A stretch of 64,000 nucleotides of DNA from an uncultured Phycisphaeraceae bacterium (lineage in GTDB: Bacteria; Planctomycetota; Phycisphaerae; Phycisphaerales; UBA1924), in assembly GCA_964460345.1 (NCBI GenBank), contig CAYWRO010000011.1, forward strand, positions 1,872-65,871, written 5' to 3'. Both the position numbers and the translations under genes were made by a program. Positions 45,595 through 53,638 of the stretch are shown piece by piece (position 1 is the stretch's first letter; every line of letters starts with the position of its first letter). The notes below the pieces were generated by a model, which saw only the letters and a list, made by a program, of their open reading frames with translations, was not told the origin of the DNA and ran no database searches.

Positions 45595-47601
45595 ATGTGT
45601 ATGCCCCGTTCCATCCGAACCGCGGCCGTCTACCTGGCGGCCGCGGTTCTCTTCATGCTGCTGGCGGTTTCCGGGGCGCAGGCCTGTCCCGTTACGGTGA
45701 CGCCGCCCGCTGGCGCGACGCTCGAGCGGTCGGTATTTGCTGTAACCGAGTTCGCAAACCTCACCTACCACGACAGCTTCTCCGGCCAGGTTGGCCAGAC
45801 CGCGACGTGGCCCGGCGAGATGGGGTGGCAGGGGGATCGCATCGATGTCGGCTTCATAGTGCCAGAGCTTCCCGCCGGCGAGGCCGAGCCGCTGCACTAC
45901 CGGCTGTCGATTCAGATCACCCAGCAGTTTGCGCAAGAGTTCCATCTGGCAGTGCTTGTCGGCGCAGACGCGGCCGACCTGGAAGAGGTCCACCGGGAGT
46001 TCATCGATTCACCACGCACGTATGTGGCGTTGATTCCCGCGTGCCAGCTCACACCGGGCGGGCAGAACCTGATCCGTCTTCAGGGAGTCGGCGTGAGTGT
46101 CGGCTTCGGCGAAGCGCCTGGTGTTCTGTGGAGCAACTGGAGCCTCGCAGCGGTGCACGAGGCAGATCTGGATGCCGTGCGCGCCGATCAGCTTCAGCGC
46201 CTGACGACGTACATCACGGATGCAATCACGCCCTCCGGCCTGGTTCGCGACACACTGCCGCTTTCGCCGGACGTCGCGGCGACCCCGGCCACGCCGGATG
46301 CCGCGGGCTTCGCCCTGCTTGGTCTCGCCGCGGCGGACCACCTCGGTCTGATCGCCGATGCGCCGGATCGCGTGCGTTCCATCCTCCGCGCTTACGCGGG
46401 GTACGCGCCGGGCGTCACGCCGCAGCGGTCCGCGGATGGATTCTGGATTCACTACATGGATCCGGCCACCGGCCGGCATCCCGGCGGCGGCTACGACAGT
46501 GCGTACACGCCGATCGGCGCAGCGCTGCTTGTGACAGGCGCCCGCTTCGCGGCGAATCACTTCATCGACGATGCCGAGATCAACGAACTCGCTGCGGAGC
46601 TCGAAGCAACGGTCGACTTTGACGCGGCGATTCATCCGTCTCTTGACGGCCGCATCTTCCTGAGCATGGCCCCGGGCGGTGGGGGGGATACCAACTTTGG
46701 CGTCACGCGCCCGTGGAATGAGTACATGCTCGTCGTTTCCGCGGCGTTACGCCAGCCTGGGCCCGCGCCCCGGGCCCAGGCGGTGCGCCACCTGTGGATG
46801 AATCCCGCGAACCTGCCGCGGGCCAGCCACAACGGCATCAGCACGCTGACCGATGTGCCCGGCGTCTTCGCGCCCGCGTTCTGGGTTCATCAGAGCCACT
46901 ATTTCAACGCGGACTTCTCAACGGATGCGGCGCTGACGCCGTTCTTTACCAATCACCGCGTTGCGGATCGGGTCTACTGCCTGGATGCGCTCAGCGAGCC
47001 ATTTCGTTACGGGCTGACCGCCGGCCCGACTCCCGGCGGCTACGGCGTCGAGCGCATCGGCAACAACAATCGCGTCTTTTCTCCCGAGGCGGTCGCGGCG
47101 TGGGGAGACATGGACACGTTGCTGAAGTTTTACGCGGCGCAGCCGATCGCTCCCTCCGACCCGCGCGCCCGGTACGGCATGGTCCGCGTCAGCGCCATCG
47201 ACCCCGGATGGATCCCACCCGATGCGCCGCTGGTCGATCACCTCTTCCTCATGTTCGGTCTCGTGGAGAGCCTCGACCCGGTCTTCTTCAAGCAGCGCCA
47301 ACCCGGGCAGATCGACGCCGATGCGGACGGCATCGCCGATGCGTTCGACAACTGCCCGGGGCTCTACAACCCGGCTCAATCCGACGCCGATGCCGATGGA
47401 ACAGGTGATGCGTGCGACTGCACGCCGGACCTGACCAACGACGGTACCGTCGATGTCTTTGACCTGTTGGCGTATCTCGATCTCTGGTTCGCTGCGGATC
47501 CAGCCGCCGACCTCGTGAACGGTGGCGGAGCGACCGTGGTCGATGTGTTTGACCTCCTGGCTTATCTCGACTCCTGGTTCGCGCCGCCCGCCGCCTGCTG
47601 A
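45595..47601 (+). CDS. Secreted (alpha/alpha)6-type glycoside-hydrolase-like protein with TSP3-type Ca-binding repeats and GC-type dockerin
   Basis: Signal peptide; central region resembling the glucoamylase/GH144-like fold (weak, by eye); DADADGIADAFDNCPGLYNPAQSDADADGTGDACD; tail [14 protein letters not shown]...VDVFDLLAYLDSWF. Confidence 0.7.
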   Translation: MCMPRSIRTAAVYLAAAVLFMLLAVSGAQACPVTVTPPAGATLERSVFAVTEFANLTYHDSFSGQVGQTATWPGEMGWQGDRIDVGFIVPELPAGEAEPLHYRLSIQITQQFAQEFHLAVLVGADAADLEEVHREFIDSPRTYVALIPACQLTPGGQNLIRLQGVGVSVGFGEAPGVLWSNWSLAAVHEADLDAVRADQLQRLTTYITDAITPSGLVRDTLPLSPDVAATPATPDAAGFALLGLAAADHLGLIADAPDRVRSILRAYAGYAPGVTPQRSADGFWIHYMDPATGRHPGGGYDSAYTPIGAALLVTGARFAANHFIDDAEINELAAELEATVDFDAAIHPSLDGRIFLSMAPGGGGDTNFGVTRPWNEYMLVVSAALRQPGPAPRAQAVRHLWMNPANLPRASHNGISTLTDVPGVFAPAFWVHQSHYFNADFSTDAALTPFFTNHRVADRVYCLDALSEPFRYGLTAGPTPGGYGVERIGNNNRVFSPEAVAAWGDMDTLLKFYAAQPIAPSDPRARYGMVRVSAIDPGWIPPDAPLVDHLFLMFGLVESLDPVFFKQRQPGQIDADADGIADAFDNCPGLYNPAQSDADADGTGDACDCTPDLTNDGTVDVFDLLAYLDLWFAADPAADLVNGGGATVVDVFDLLAYLDSWFAPPAAC

Positions 47602-47603
47602 GC

Positions 47604-47688
47604 GTGGCACCGGCCTCTGGCCGGTGACGGGGACGAGGCGCTGGCGGTGGGACCATTCCTACACACACCGGCCAGAGGCCGGTGCCAC
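47604..47688. repeat. Intergenic copy of the palindromic element (24-nt terminal inverted repeats, 38-nt core)
   Basis: GTGGCACCGGCCTCTGGCCGGTGA at 47604-47627 is identical to 42099-42122. CACCGGCCAGAGGCCGGTGCCAC lies at 47666-47688. The element starts 3 nt after the upstream stop codon. Confidence 0.85.
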
Positions 47689-47707
47689 GGGCCACTACCA
47701 TCCGGAC

Positions 47708-49306
47708 ATGCCGAACACTCGACGGGCGGTCCTGCACGGATATCTCGTGATCGTCGCCACCGCCGTTCTCGCGGGCTCGGCGGCGCTTGCTCAGCCAGAC
47801 CCGGCAAGCGCGGATCAATCCGCCGACGCCCCCTTCGTCATCACGATCGTCGACGAAGCCACGAATCGCGGCATCCCGCTCGTCAAGCTCACGACAACCA
47901 GCAACATCGCCCTGTACACCGACAGCGCAGGCGTCATCGCCTTCGACGAGCCCGGCCTGATGGACAGGAAGGTCTGGTTCACGATCGAAAGCCCCGGCTA
48001 CGAATATCCGGCTGACGGCTTCGGTTCCCGCGGCCGCGCTCTTGTCACCAGGCGTGGTGACAGCGTCACCATCCCGCTCAAACGCACGCAGATCGCCGAG
48101 CGTCTGTACCGCATCACCGGACAAGGGATTTACCACCACAGCACACGCGCCGGCCTGAACGTCCCCCTCGGTGAAGGCAGCGCCAACCTCAACGGCCGCG
48201 TCACAGGCCAGGATTCAGTCATTGCTCTGCCGCACGGGGGCAAGCTCTACTGGTTCTGGGGAGACACCGGACGCCCTGACTACCCCCTCGGCAACTTCGG
48301 CACGTCCTGCGCCACTTCACCACTGCCCGGCGAGCCGGGGTGTGATCCTGCCACCGGAATCGAGCTCACGTACCTCGTCAACGATGACGGCTTCAGCCGT
48401 CCCGTCTTTGATCTCGACCGCCCCGGCGTGGTCTGGATGGGCGGCGCGGTGGAACTGCCGGCTCCCAACGGCGGCAGCGATGGGTCGCCGCGCATCATCG
48501 CCGCGTGGTCACGACTGAAGGGGCTGGGCGAGTTGCTTGAGCATGGCATCGCCGCGTTCGACGATCAAACGCAGATGATGGAGGTCGTCGCCACCTTCCC
48601 GCTTGATGCGCCCCTCATCCCGAGCGGACATACCGTCCGCCACACTGACGACGGCGTCGAGTACGTCTACTTCACATCGCCGTACGCCCTCGTACGAGTT
48701 CCCGCGACCTGGGAGGCATTCATCGATCCGGACCAATACGAGGGGTTCACTCCGCTGGTGCCCGGCACGCGCACACTGAATCTCGAAGCGCCGCAGATCG
48801 AGCGGGATGCAGAGGGCCGGCCCGTCTACGGCTGGAAAAAGAAAACCGCCGTCCTCAGCCCCCAGGACCAGCAGAAGCTCATCGACGCCGGTCATCTCGC
48901 CGCGGAACAGGCGCGCTATCGAACGAACGACGCCGGGACGGGTGAGCCGATCCTCCTCCACGGCGGCACGATCCGCTATAACGAGCGCCGCAACGCCTGG
49001 GTCATGATCGCCACGCGCATCTTCGACGAGGCGTCTCTGCTGGGCGAGGTCTACTACGCGGAAGCTCCGACCATCCACGGCCCCTGGCCGCGCGCCGTCA
49101 AGGTCGCGACGCACCCGAAGTACAGCTTCTACAACCCCGTCCACCACGAGTTCTTTGATGCAGACGGCGGCCGCGTCATCTACTTCGAGGGCACCTACAC
49201 GATGATGTTCTCAGGAACCACCGTTCCCACGCCCCGCTACGAGTACAACCAGCTCATGTACCGGCTGGACTTGTCCGACGAGCGTATAACCAGCGTCTTC
49301 GATTGA
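47708..49306 (+). CDS. Secreted hypothetical protein
   Basis: Signal/TM LHGYLVIVATAVLAGSAALAQ from the ATG at 47708. The track start at 47522 reads through the palindromic element. GC3-rich; no domain I can name with confidence. Confidence 0.65.
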   Translation: MPNTRRAVLHGYLVIVATAVLAGSAALAQPDPASADQSADAPFVITIVDEATNRGIPLVKLTTTSNIALYTDSAGVIAFDEPGLMDRKVWFTIESPGYEYPADGFGSRGRALVTRRGDSVTIPLKRTQIAERLYRITGQGIYHHSTRAGLNVPLGEGSANLNGRVTGQDSVIALPHGGKLYWFWGDTGRPDYPLGNFGTSCATSPLPGEPGCDPATGIELTYLVNDDGFSRPVFDLDRPGVVWMGGAVELPAPNGGSDGSPRIIAAWSRLKGLGELLEHGIAAFDDQTQMMEVVATFPLDAPLIPSGHTVRHTDDGVEYVYFTSPYALVRVPATWEAFIDPDQYEGFTPLVPGTRTLNLEAPQIERDAEGRPVYGWKKKTAVLSPQDQQKLIDAGHLAAEQARYRTNDAGTGEPILLHGGTIRYNERRNAWVMIATRIFDEASLLGEVYYAEAPTIHGPWPRAVKVATHPKYSFYNPVHHEFFDADGGRVIYFEGTYTMMFSGTTVPTPRYEYNQLMYRLDLSDERITSVFD

Positions 49307-49327
49307 CTTGCCTGTCGCGTGCGACGC

Positions 49328-49819
49328 TCACGCATGCAGGAAAGACAAGTGCAGCTTCGCGTGGCCGAGGTGCAGGCTCGTCCACTGCTCGTGTGTCAGC
49401 GGTCCGAAGGCGGGGCTGGGGTGCGCAAACCGTTCCCCATTCAACGCGCGATCCACCTGCTTCAACAGCAGCGCTTCCCCTTCCTCCAGCGACACCACGT
49501 CCCGCGGCAGCATGAAAGTCGCCTCGGCCGGCAGCTTCAGGCCGGCCGGCGCCGGCTTCCCCGCAACGGCGTGTCCCTTCATCAATCGTGCAAACGCGCG
49601 CACCCACCATGGCGGCGTCGCCTCCGGCGGGAACCCGTCAAGCGACATCGCCATGAACTTGCCGAGGTGCTCGAAAATCTGGCCCGTGCTCCAGTTGCCC
49701 GTTCTCCGCAGCGTTCCGGCCCGCTCCGCCGCGGCGAGGCGCTCAACCTCCGCGCGCAGATCCTGCAAGGAACCAAGCCGCACCTCCCGCCGCTCCGCAC
49801 GCCTCGTGTTCACCGCCAT
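49328..49819 (-). CDS. DinB-superfamily (DUF1569-like) protein
   Basis: 163 aa, four-helix pattern with His motifs (IFEHLGKF, HLGHAKLHLSF). Confidence 0.6.
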   Translation of the reverse strand: MAVNTRRAERREVRLGSLQDLRAEVERLAAAERAGTLRRTGNWSTGQIFEHLGKFMAMSLDGFPPEATPPWWVRAFARLMKGHAVAGKPAPAGLKLPAEATFMLPRDVVSLEEGEALLLKQVDRALNGERFAHPSPAFGPLTHEQWTSLHLGHAKLHLSFLHA

Positions 49820-49825
49820 ACCGAT

Positions 49826-50380
49826 CTACCTCGCTTCCATCCCCGGCGTGTCCCGCCCGGTCACACTGCGGACGAATGACAGAAAGCGACCCTCCGTCGG
49901 AAACGCCAGCAACATCGCCACCACCGCCGCGGCGGGCGCGGCCAGAGCCTCCGCACGGCCGGTGATCATGTACACCACCGCGCCGAACAGGCCGACCGAC
50001 TCCGCCATGGCTGCGCTGATGATCACGTAGGTCATCCAGGGGCCCGCCAGCCGCTCGGGCGCATCGACCTCCGCGGGCGCATCGCCCCAGACGACGCGGG
50101 CGGTCTTCATCCGGATCATCGGGACGACGAGGTACGCCATCGGCAGCAGTGTGACGGAGAAGACTGCCAGCATGATCAACATCGGGCCGTGCGCCGAGCC
50201 GCCGGGCGGGCTGCCGATGCCATTCCCCGCCCCCGTGCCGCCCGTCCCGCCGGTGGCGCCGGTTGCACCCTGTTGCACCACCAGCGTCATGACCACCGTC
50301 ATCACGACCACACCGCTCGCGAGGACGGCGGTGAGGAGTTGGGCGGTGCGAATGCGGGTCCGGATGGTTGGGGAGAGCAT
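49826..50380 (-). CDS. Hypothetical integral membrane protein
   Basis: Four hydrophobic segments plus a Gly/Thr-rich loop. Tightly spaced with the downstream gene. Confidence 0.5.
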   Translation of the reverse strand: MLSPTIRTRIRTAQLLTAVLASGVVVMTVVMTLVVQQGATGATGGTGGTGAGNGIGSPPGGSAHGPMLIMLAVFSVTLLPMAYLVVPMIRMKTARVVWGDAPAEVDAPERLAGPWMTYVIISAAMAESVGLFGAVVYMITGRAEALAAPAAAVVAMLLAFPTEGRFLSFVRSVTGRDTPGMEAR

Positions 50381-50540
50381 GGCCCAGTGTAGAACGGGCG
50401 GCGCGTCGCCTCGCCGGGAGAGCAGAAACGCTGCGTCGGACGCAAAATCAGGGTTGGCAGCGGGCCAACCTCCTGTATGCTCTCCGTGCCGGGAATCTCA
50501 GGTGCGACCCGGCGTCCGATAACACAGGAGCCTCACACCC

Positions 50541-52352
50541 ATGCGCAGAACGGCCGATCGTTGTCGTCTCCTCCAGTTGCTCTGCGCCGCCGGCGCGCTT
50601 TGCAGCGCCGCCGGCCTCGCCTCGGCAAAGGACATCATCTATGTCTCCGCCGCCACGGGCAGTGACTCGGCCGACGGCTCCTGGGCCCAGCCGCTGGCGA
50701 CCATTCAGGTCGCCCTTGCCCAGGCCGATGCCATGCCCGGGGTGCAGTCGATCTTCGTTGCCACCGGCAACTATGAACCCATTCAGTTGGTTTCGGACGT
50801 CCGTCTCTTCGGAGGCTTCGATTCATCGACCTGGCAGCGCAGTCAGGCCGGATTCGATCTCACTGTGATCCGCGCTACCGACGGACCGACCAATGCCGCC
50901 GTGCACGGCAGCAACGTCGGCAATGTCCTCATGGATGGGTTCACCATTCTGACGGACGATCGCACCGCTGCTCAGGAGAGCGCCTACGGCGTGCGCCTCT
51001 TCAGTTGCACGGCAGTTGAGATCAGCAACAGTTCGATCGTTGTGGGCGCGGGCGGTGACGGCGTGAACGGCGGTCCCGGCGCTTCAGGTGCGCCGGGCTC
51101 GCCGGGGGCGACCGGGCAGCCGGGATGCGAAAACAGCGCCGCCTTCTGCGGCACGTGCGCTCAACCCATGGGCGGTTCTGGGGGCTTCGGGGGCGGCGGC
51201 GCGGGGGCGGGAGGCAGAGGCGGCCGCGCCGGTCTGGCCGACGCGCACGGCGAGGCTGGTCAAACCGGCCAGTCCGCGATCGGAGGCGCCCCGGGCGGTA
51301 GTGGAGGGGCGGGAGTTCCGTCCGGGAGGGGCCAACTGCCGCCTCCGGGTTCCAGCTACGGCCAGCCGGGCACCCCCGGTCAGGCTGGCGCGCACGGCTC
51401 AGCCGGCGAACCGTACGGAACGGATGTGCCCGGCGCGGGGTACACGCCGAGTGACGGCAGTCCGGGTTTGAACGGCCGCGGCGGCGCTGGCGGCGGGGGT
51501 GGAGGCGGCGGGGGTGGAGGCACTAGCTCTTGCGACAGCTACGGCAGCAGTGGCGGGGGTGGGGGCGGTGGTGGTGGACCCGGCCAGGGCGGGCAGCCGG
51601 GAACCGGTGGCGGCGGCTCGTTCGGCATTTACCTCACAAGCTGTGCGGGCATCACCGTGGTGCACTGCCACGTCGCGACAGGTCCGGGCGGCGAAGGAGG
51701 CGCCGGCGGCACTGGCGGCAACGGTGGGGCTGGCGGCCCCGGCGGCTTTGGCGGTCCCTACGGCGGCGCTGCGGAACAGGACGACGGCTCAAACGGTGCG
51801 CCGGGCGGCCAGGGAGGCGCCGGCGGTTCGGGCGGACATGGCGGTGGCGGTGGGGGCGGCCCCTCGGTCTGCATTGTCAATGCCGATGCAGCAGATCCCG
51901 TCATGCTCGCATCGGTCACCCTCATGCCGACGGCGTCTGGCAATGGTGGCCTCAGCCAGGGCAACAGCGGGCCTGACGGCTTTGTTGCCCCGGTTCGCGG
52001 ATCATCGGCAGGCGCCATCGTCAACCCCGACTGCGATGCTGACAGCGTCAACGACTTCCTGCAGATCGCGGAAGACCCGTTCACGCGCGACTGCAACTGC
52101 AACGATGTGCTGGACGCCTGTGAAATCGCGGCGGGAACGGCCGTCGACGCCAATGGCGATGGGCTGCTGGATGCCTGCCAGACCTGTCCATGCGACATGA
52201 ACAACCCGTACGACGGTGTCGATGTGTTCGATTTGCTGGCGTACCTCGATCTCTGGTTCGCCGGTGCGCCAAACGCAAACTTCAACCTCGACGGCGGGGT
52301 CGATGTATTCGATCTGCTGGCGTACCTGGATTGCTGGTTTGAGGGGTGCTGA
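50541..52352 (+). CDS. Secreted beta-helix/DUF1565-like protein with a long collagen-like Gly-rich region and GC-type dockerin
   Basis: Signal peptide, IYVSAATGSDSADGSWAQPLATIQVAL, GxP/GGxG-rich tract of about 250 aa, and the tail [15 protein letters not shown]...GVDVFDLLAYLDCWFEGC. Confidence 0.8.
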   Translation: MRRTADRCRLLQLLCAAGALCSAAGLASAKDIIYVSAATGSDSADGSWAQPLATIQVALAQADAMPGVQSIFVATGNYEPIQLVSDVRLFGGFDSSTWQRSQAGFDLTVIRATDGPTNAAVHGSNVGNVLMDGFTILTDDRTAAQESAYGVRLFSCTAVEISNSSIVVGAGGDGVNGGPGASGAPGSPGATGQPGCENSAAFCGTCAQPMGGSGGFGGGGAGAGGRGGRAGLADAHGEAGQTGQSAIGGAPGGSGGAGVPSGRGQLPPPGSSYGQPGTPGQAGAHGSAGEPYGTDVPGAGYTPSDGSPGLNGRGGAGGGGGGGGGGGTSSCDSYGSSGGGGGGGGGPGQGGQPGTGGGGSFGIYLTSCAGITVVHCHVATGPGGEGGAGGTGGNGGAGGPGGFGGPYGGAAEQDDGSNGAPGGQGGAGGSGGHGGGGGGGPSVCIVNADAADPVMLASVTLMPTASGNGGLSQGNSGPDGFVAPVRGSSAGAIVNPDCDADSVNDFLQIAEDPFTRDCNCNDVLDACEIAAGTAVDANGDGLLDACQTCPCDMNNPYDGVDVFDLLAYLDLWFAGAPNANFNLDGGVDVFDLLAYLDCWFEGC

Positions 52353-52402
52353 GACGAGCGCTGGTGCGCACTGGCCGCGGCCCGAACGAGTACCATCGCC
52401 CG

Positions 52403-52717
52403 ATGCAACCGCGCGAGCGTTCAACACCGTCTTCCACGAATCCTGCGCCACCGCCGACGCGGCAGGGCGATGATCCACTCGCCGACTACCACCGGGTCGC
52501 CGACACGATCGGCGGACTTCCGAACCTGCGCCTGAAGGACAACCTTTATCAGGCCGCGTTCATCTTCGCCGTCACGGGCGCGGCCGCCTTTGTCGGCTTC
52601 TTCATAAGTGGCATGGGCGGGCTGATCATCGGCAGCCTCGCCGGGCTGGTCGGCTCCGCGTTCATCAGCGGCGTGGTCCTGATGGTCCTCGGCTTTATCC
52701 GTGCCGCGCGGAAGTGA
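52403..52717 (+). CDS. Hypothetical small membrane protein
   Basis: Two TM-like segments (AAFIFAVTGAAAFVGFFI, LVGSAFISGVVLMVLGFI). Start chosen at the internal ATG 52403. Confidence 0.45.
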   Translation: MQPRERSTPSSTNPAPPPTRQGDDPLADYHRVADTIGGLPNLRLKDNLYQAAFIFAVTGAAAFVGFFISGMGGLIIGSLAGLVGSAFISGVVLMVLGFIRAARK

Positions 52718-52824
52718 GGGAGTGCGAGATTCCGCTCGCGCTCCCAGGGCGGCGAGTCACTGCCGCGGGCAGTGACCACTCGCTCGCCGCGTTCATCCAA
52801 CACGCAGGGCAGGTGTGGCCTGGA

Positions 52825-52944
52825 TCATTGGCCGTACAGCAGGATTCCAATGATGACCAGCGCAAGATCGGCTCCCAGGAATGCCCACCAGAGTCCTCGC
52901 TGAAAGCTCCCAGCCGACGCCACGAACTCCATCTTGTTCGCCAT
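52825..52944 (-). CDS. Candidate 39-aa single-TM peptide (below the ORF-track length cutoff)
   Basis: My translation: MANKMEFVASAGSFQRGLWWAFLGADLALVIIGILLYGQ*. AGGAG RBS sits 7 nt upstream. Divergent from the XRE regulator. Confidence 0.35.
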   Translation of the reverse strand: MANKMEFVASAGSFQRGLWWAFLGADLALVIIGILLYGQ

Positions 52945-53048
52945 AGTAGAATCTCCTGCGGCTGATCCAGCCTGCCAAGCAGCCTCAGTCCGCTATAGTA
53001 GTAGATGCTCGCAATAGCGAGCAAGATTCGCGATAGTAGGATTTTTCG

Positions 53049-53603
53049 ATGCAGATCGGTCAGAACATCCGGCGCAAACGGCTCGACATGGGCCTGACAC
53101 AATCCGAACTGGCCGACCGTTCGGGTGTCTCCAAGGCGATGATCTGCGACGTTGAGGCCGACAAGAAGAACCCCACGATCAAGGTGGTTGGGCAGCTTGC
53201 CGCCGGGCTTGATTGCACGATCTCAGACCTGCTCGACCTTGAAGACCGTCCCCGCTTCGTCCCCTGCCGGCGCGATCAACACCGCGTGCTGGTCGATCCG
53301 GAAACCGGCATCGAGCGGCGGCTCCATTCCCCCGTACTGGTCCGCCGCGGCGTCGAAATTCTCGAGTACGTCTACCCCCCCGGTACAGGGATGGCCGACT
53401 TTCCGCCGCACCCCTCCGGCGCCATCGAGCATGCCACGGTCCTGCAGGGGCGGGCTCGCGTCGTCGTCGGCGACGATTCCGTTGAACTCGAGGCCGGCGA
53501 CAGCGTCACCTACGAGGCCGACCGCGAACACGGCGCGATCAACATCGGAGACGGCGTCGCCCGCGTGCTCTTCGTGCAGATGTTCCCGGAACGCCGGAAG
53601 TAG
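53049..53603 (+). CDS. XRE-family HTH regulator with C-terminal cupin domain
   Basis: HTH LTQSELADRSGVSKAMICDVEADKKNPT and a cupin core GDSVTYEADREHGAIN. Confidence 0.85.
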   Translation: MQIGQNIRRKRLDMGLTQSELADRSGVSKAMICDVEADKKNPTIKVVGQLAAGLDCTISDLLDLEDRPRFVPCRRDQHRVLVDPETGIERRLHSPVLVRRGVEILEYVYPPGTGMADFPPHPSGAIEHATVLQGRARVVVGDDSVELEAGDSVTYEADREHGAINIGDGVARVLFVQMFPERRK

Positions 53604-53638
53604 TCATCGCGGCGCCGTCTCGGAAGGCGATGCCACGA

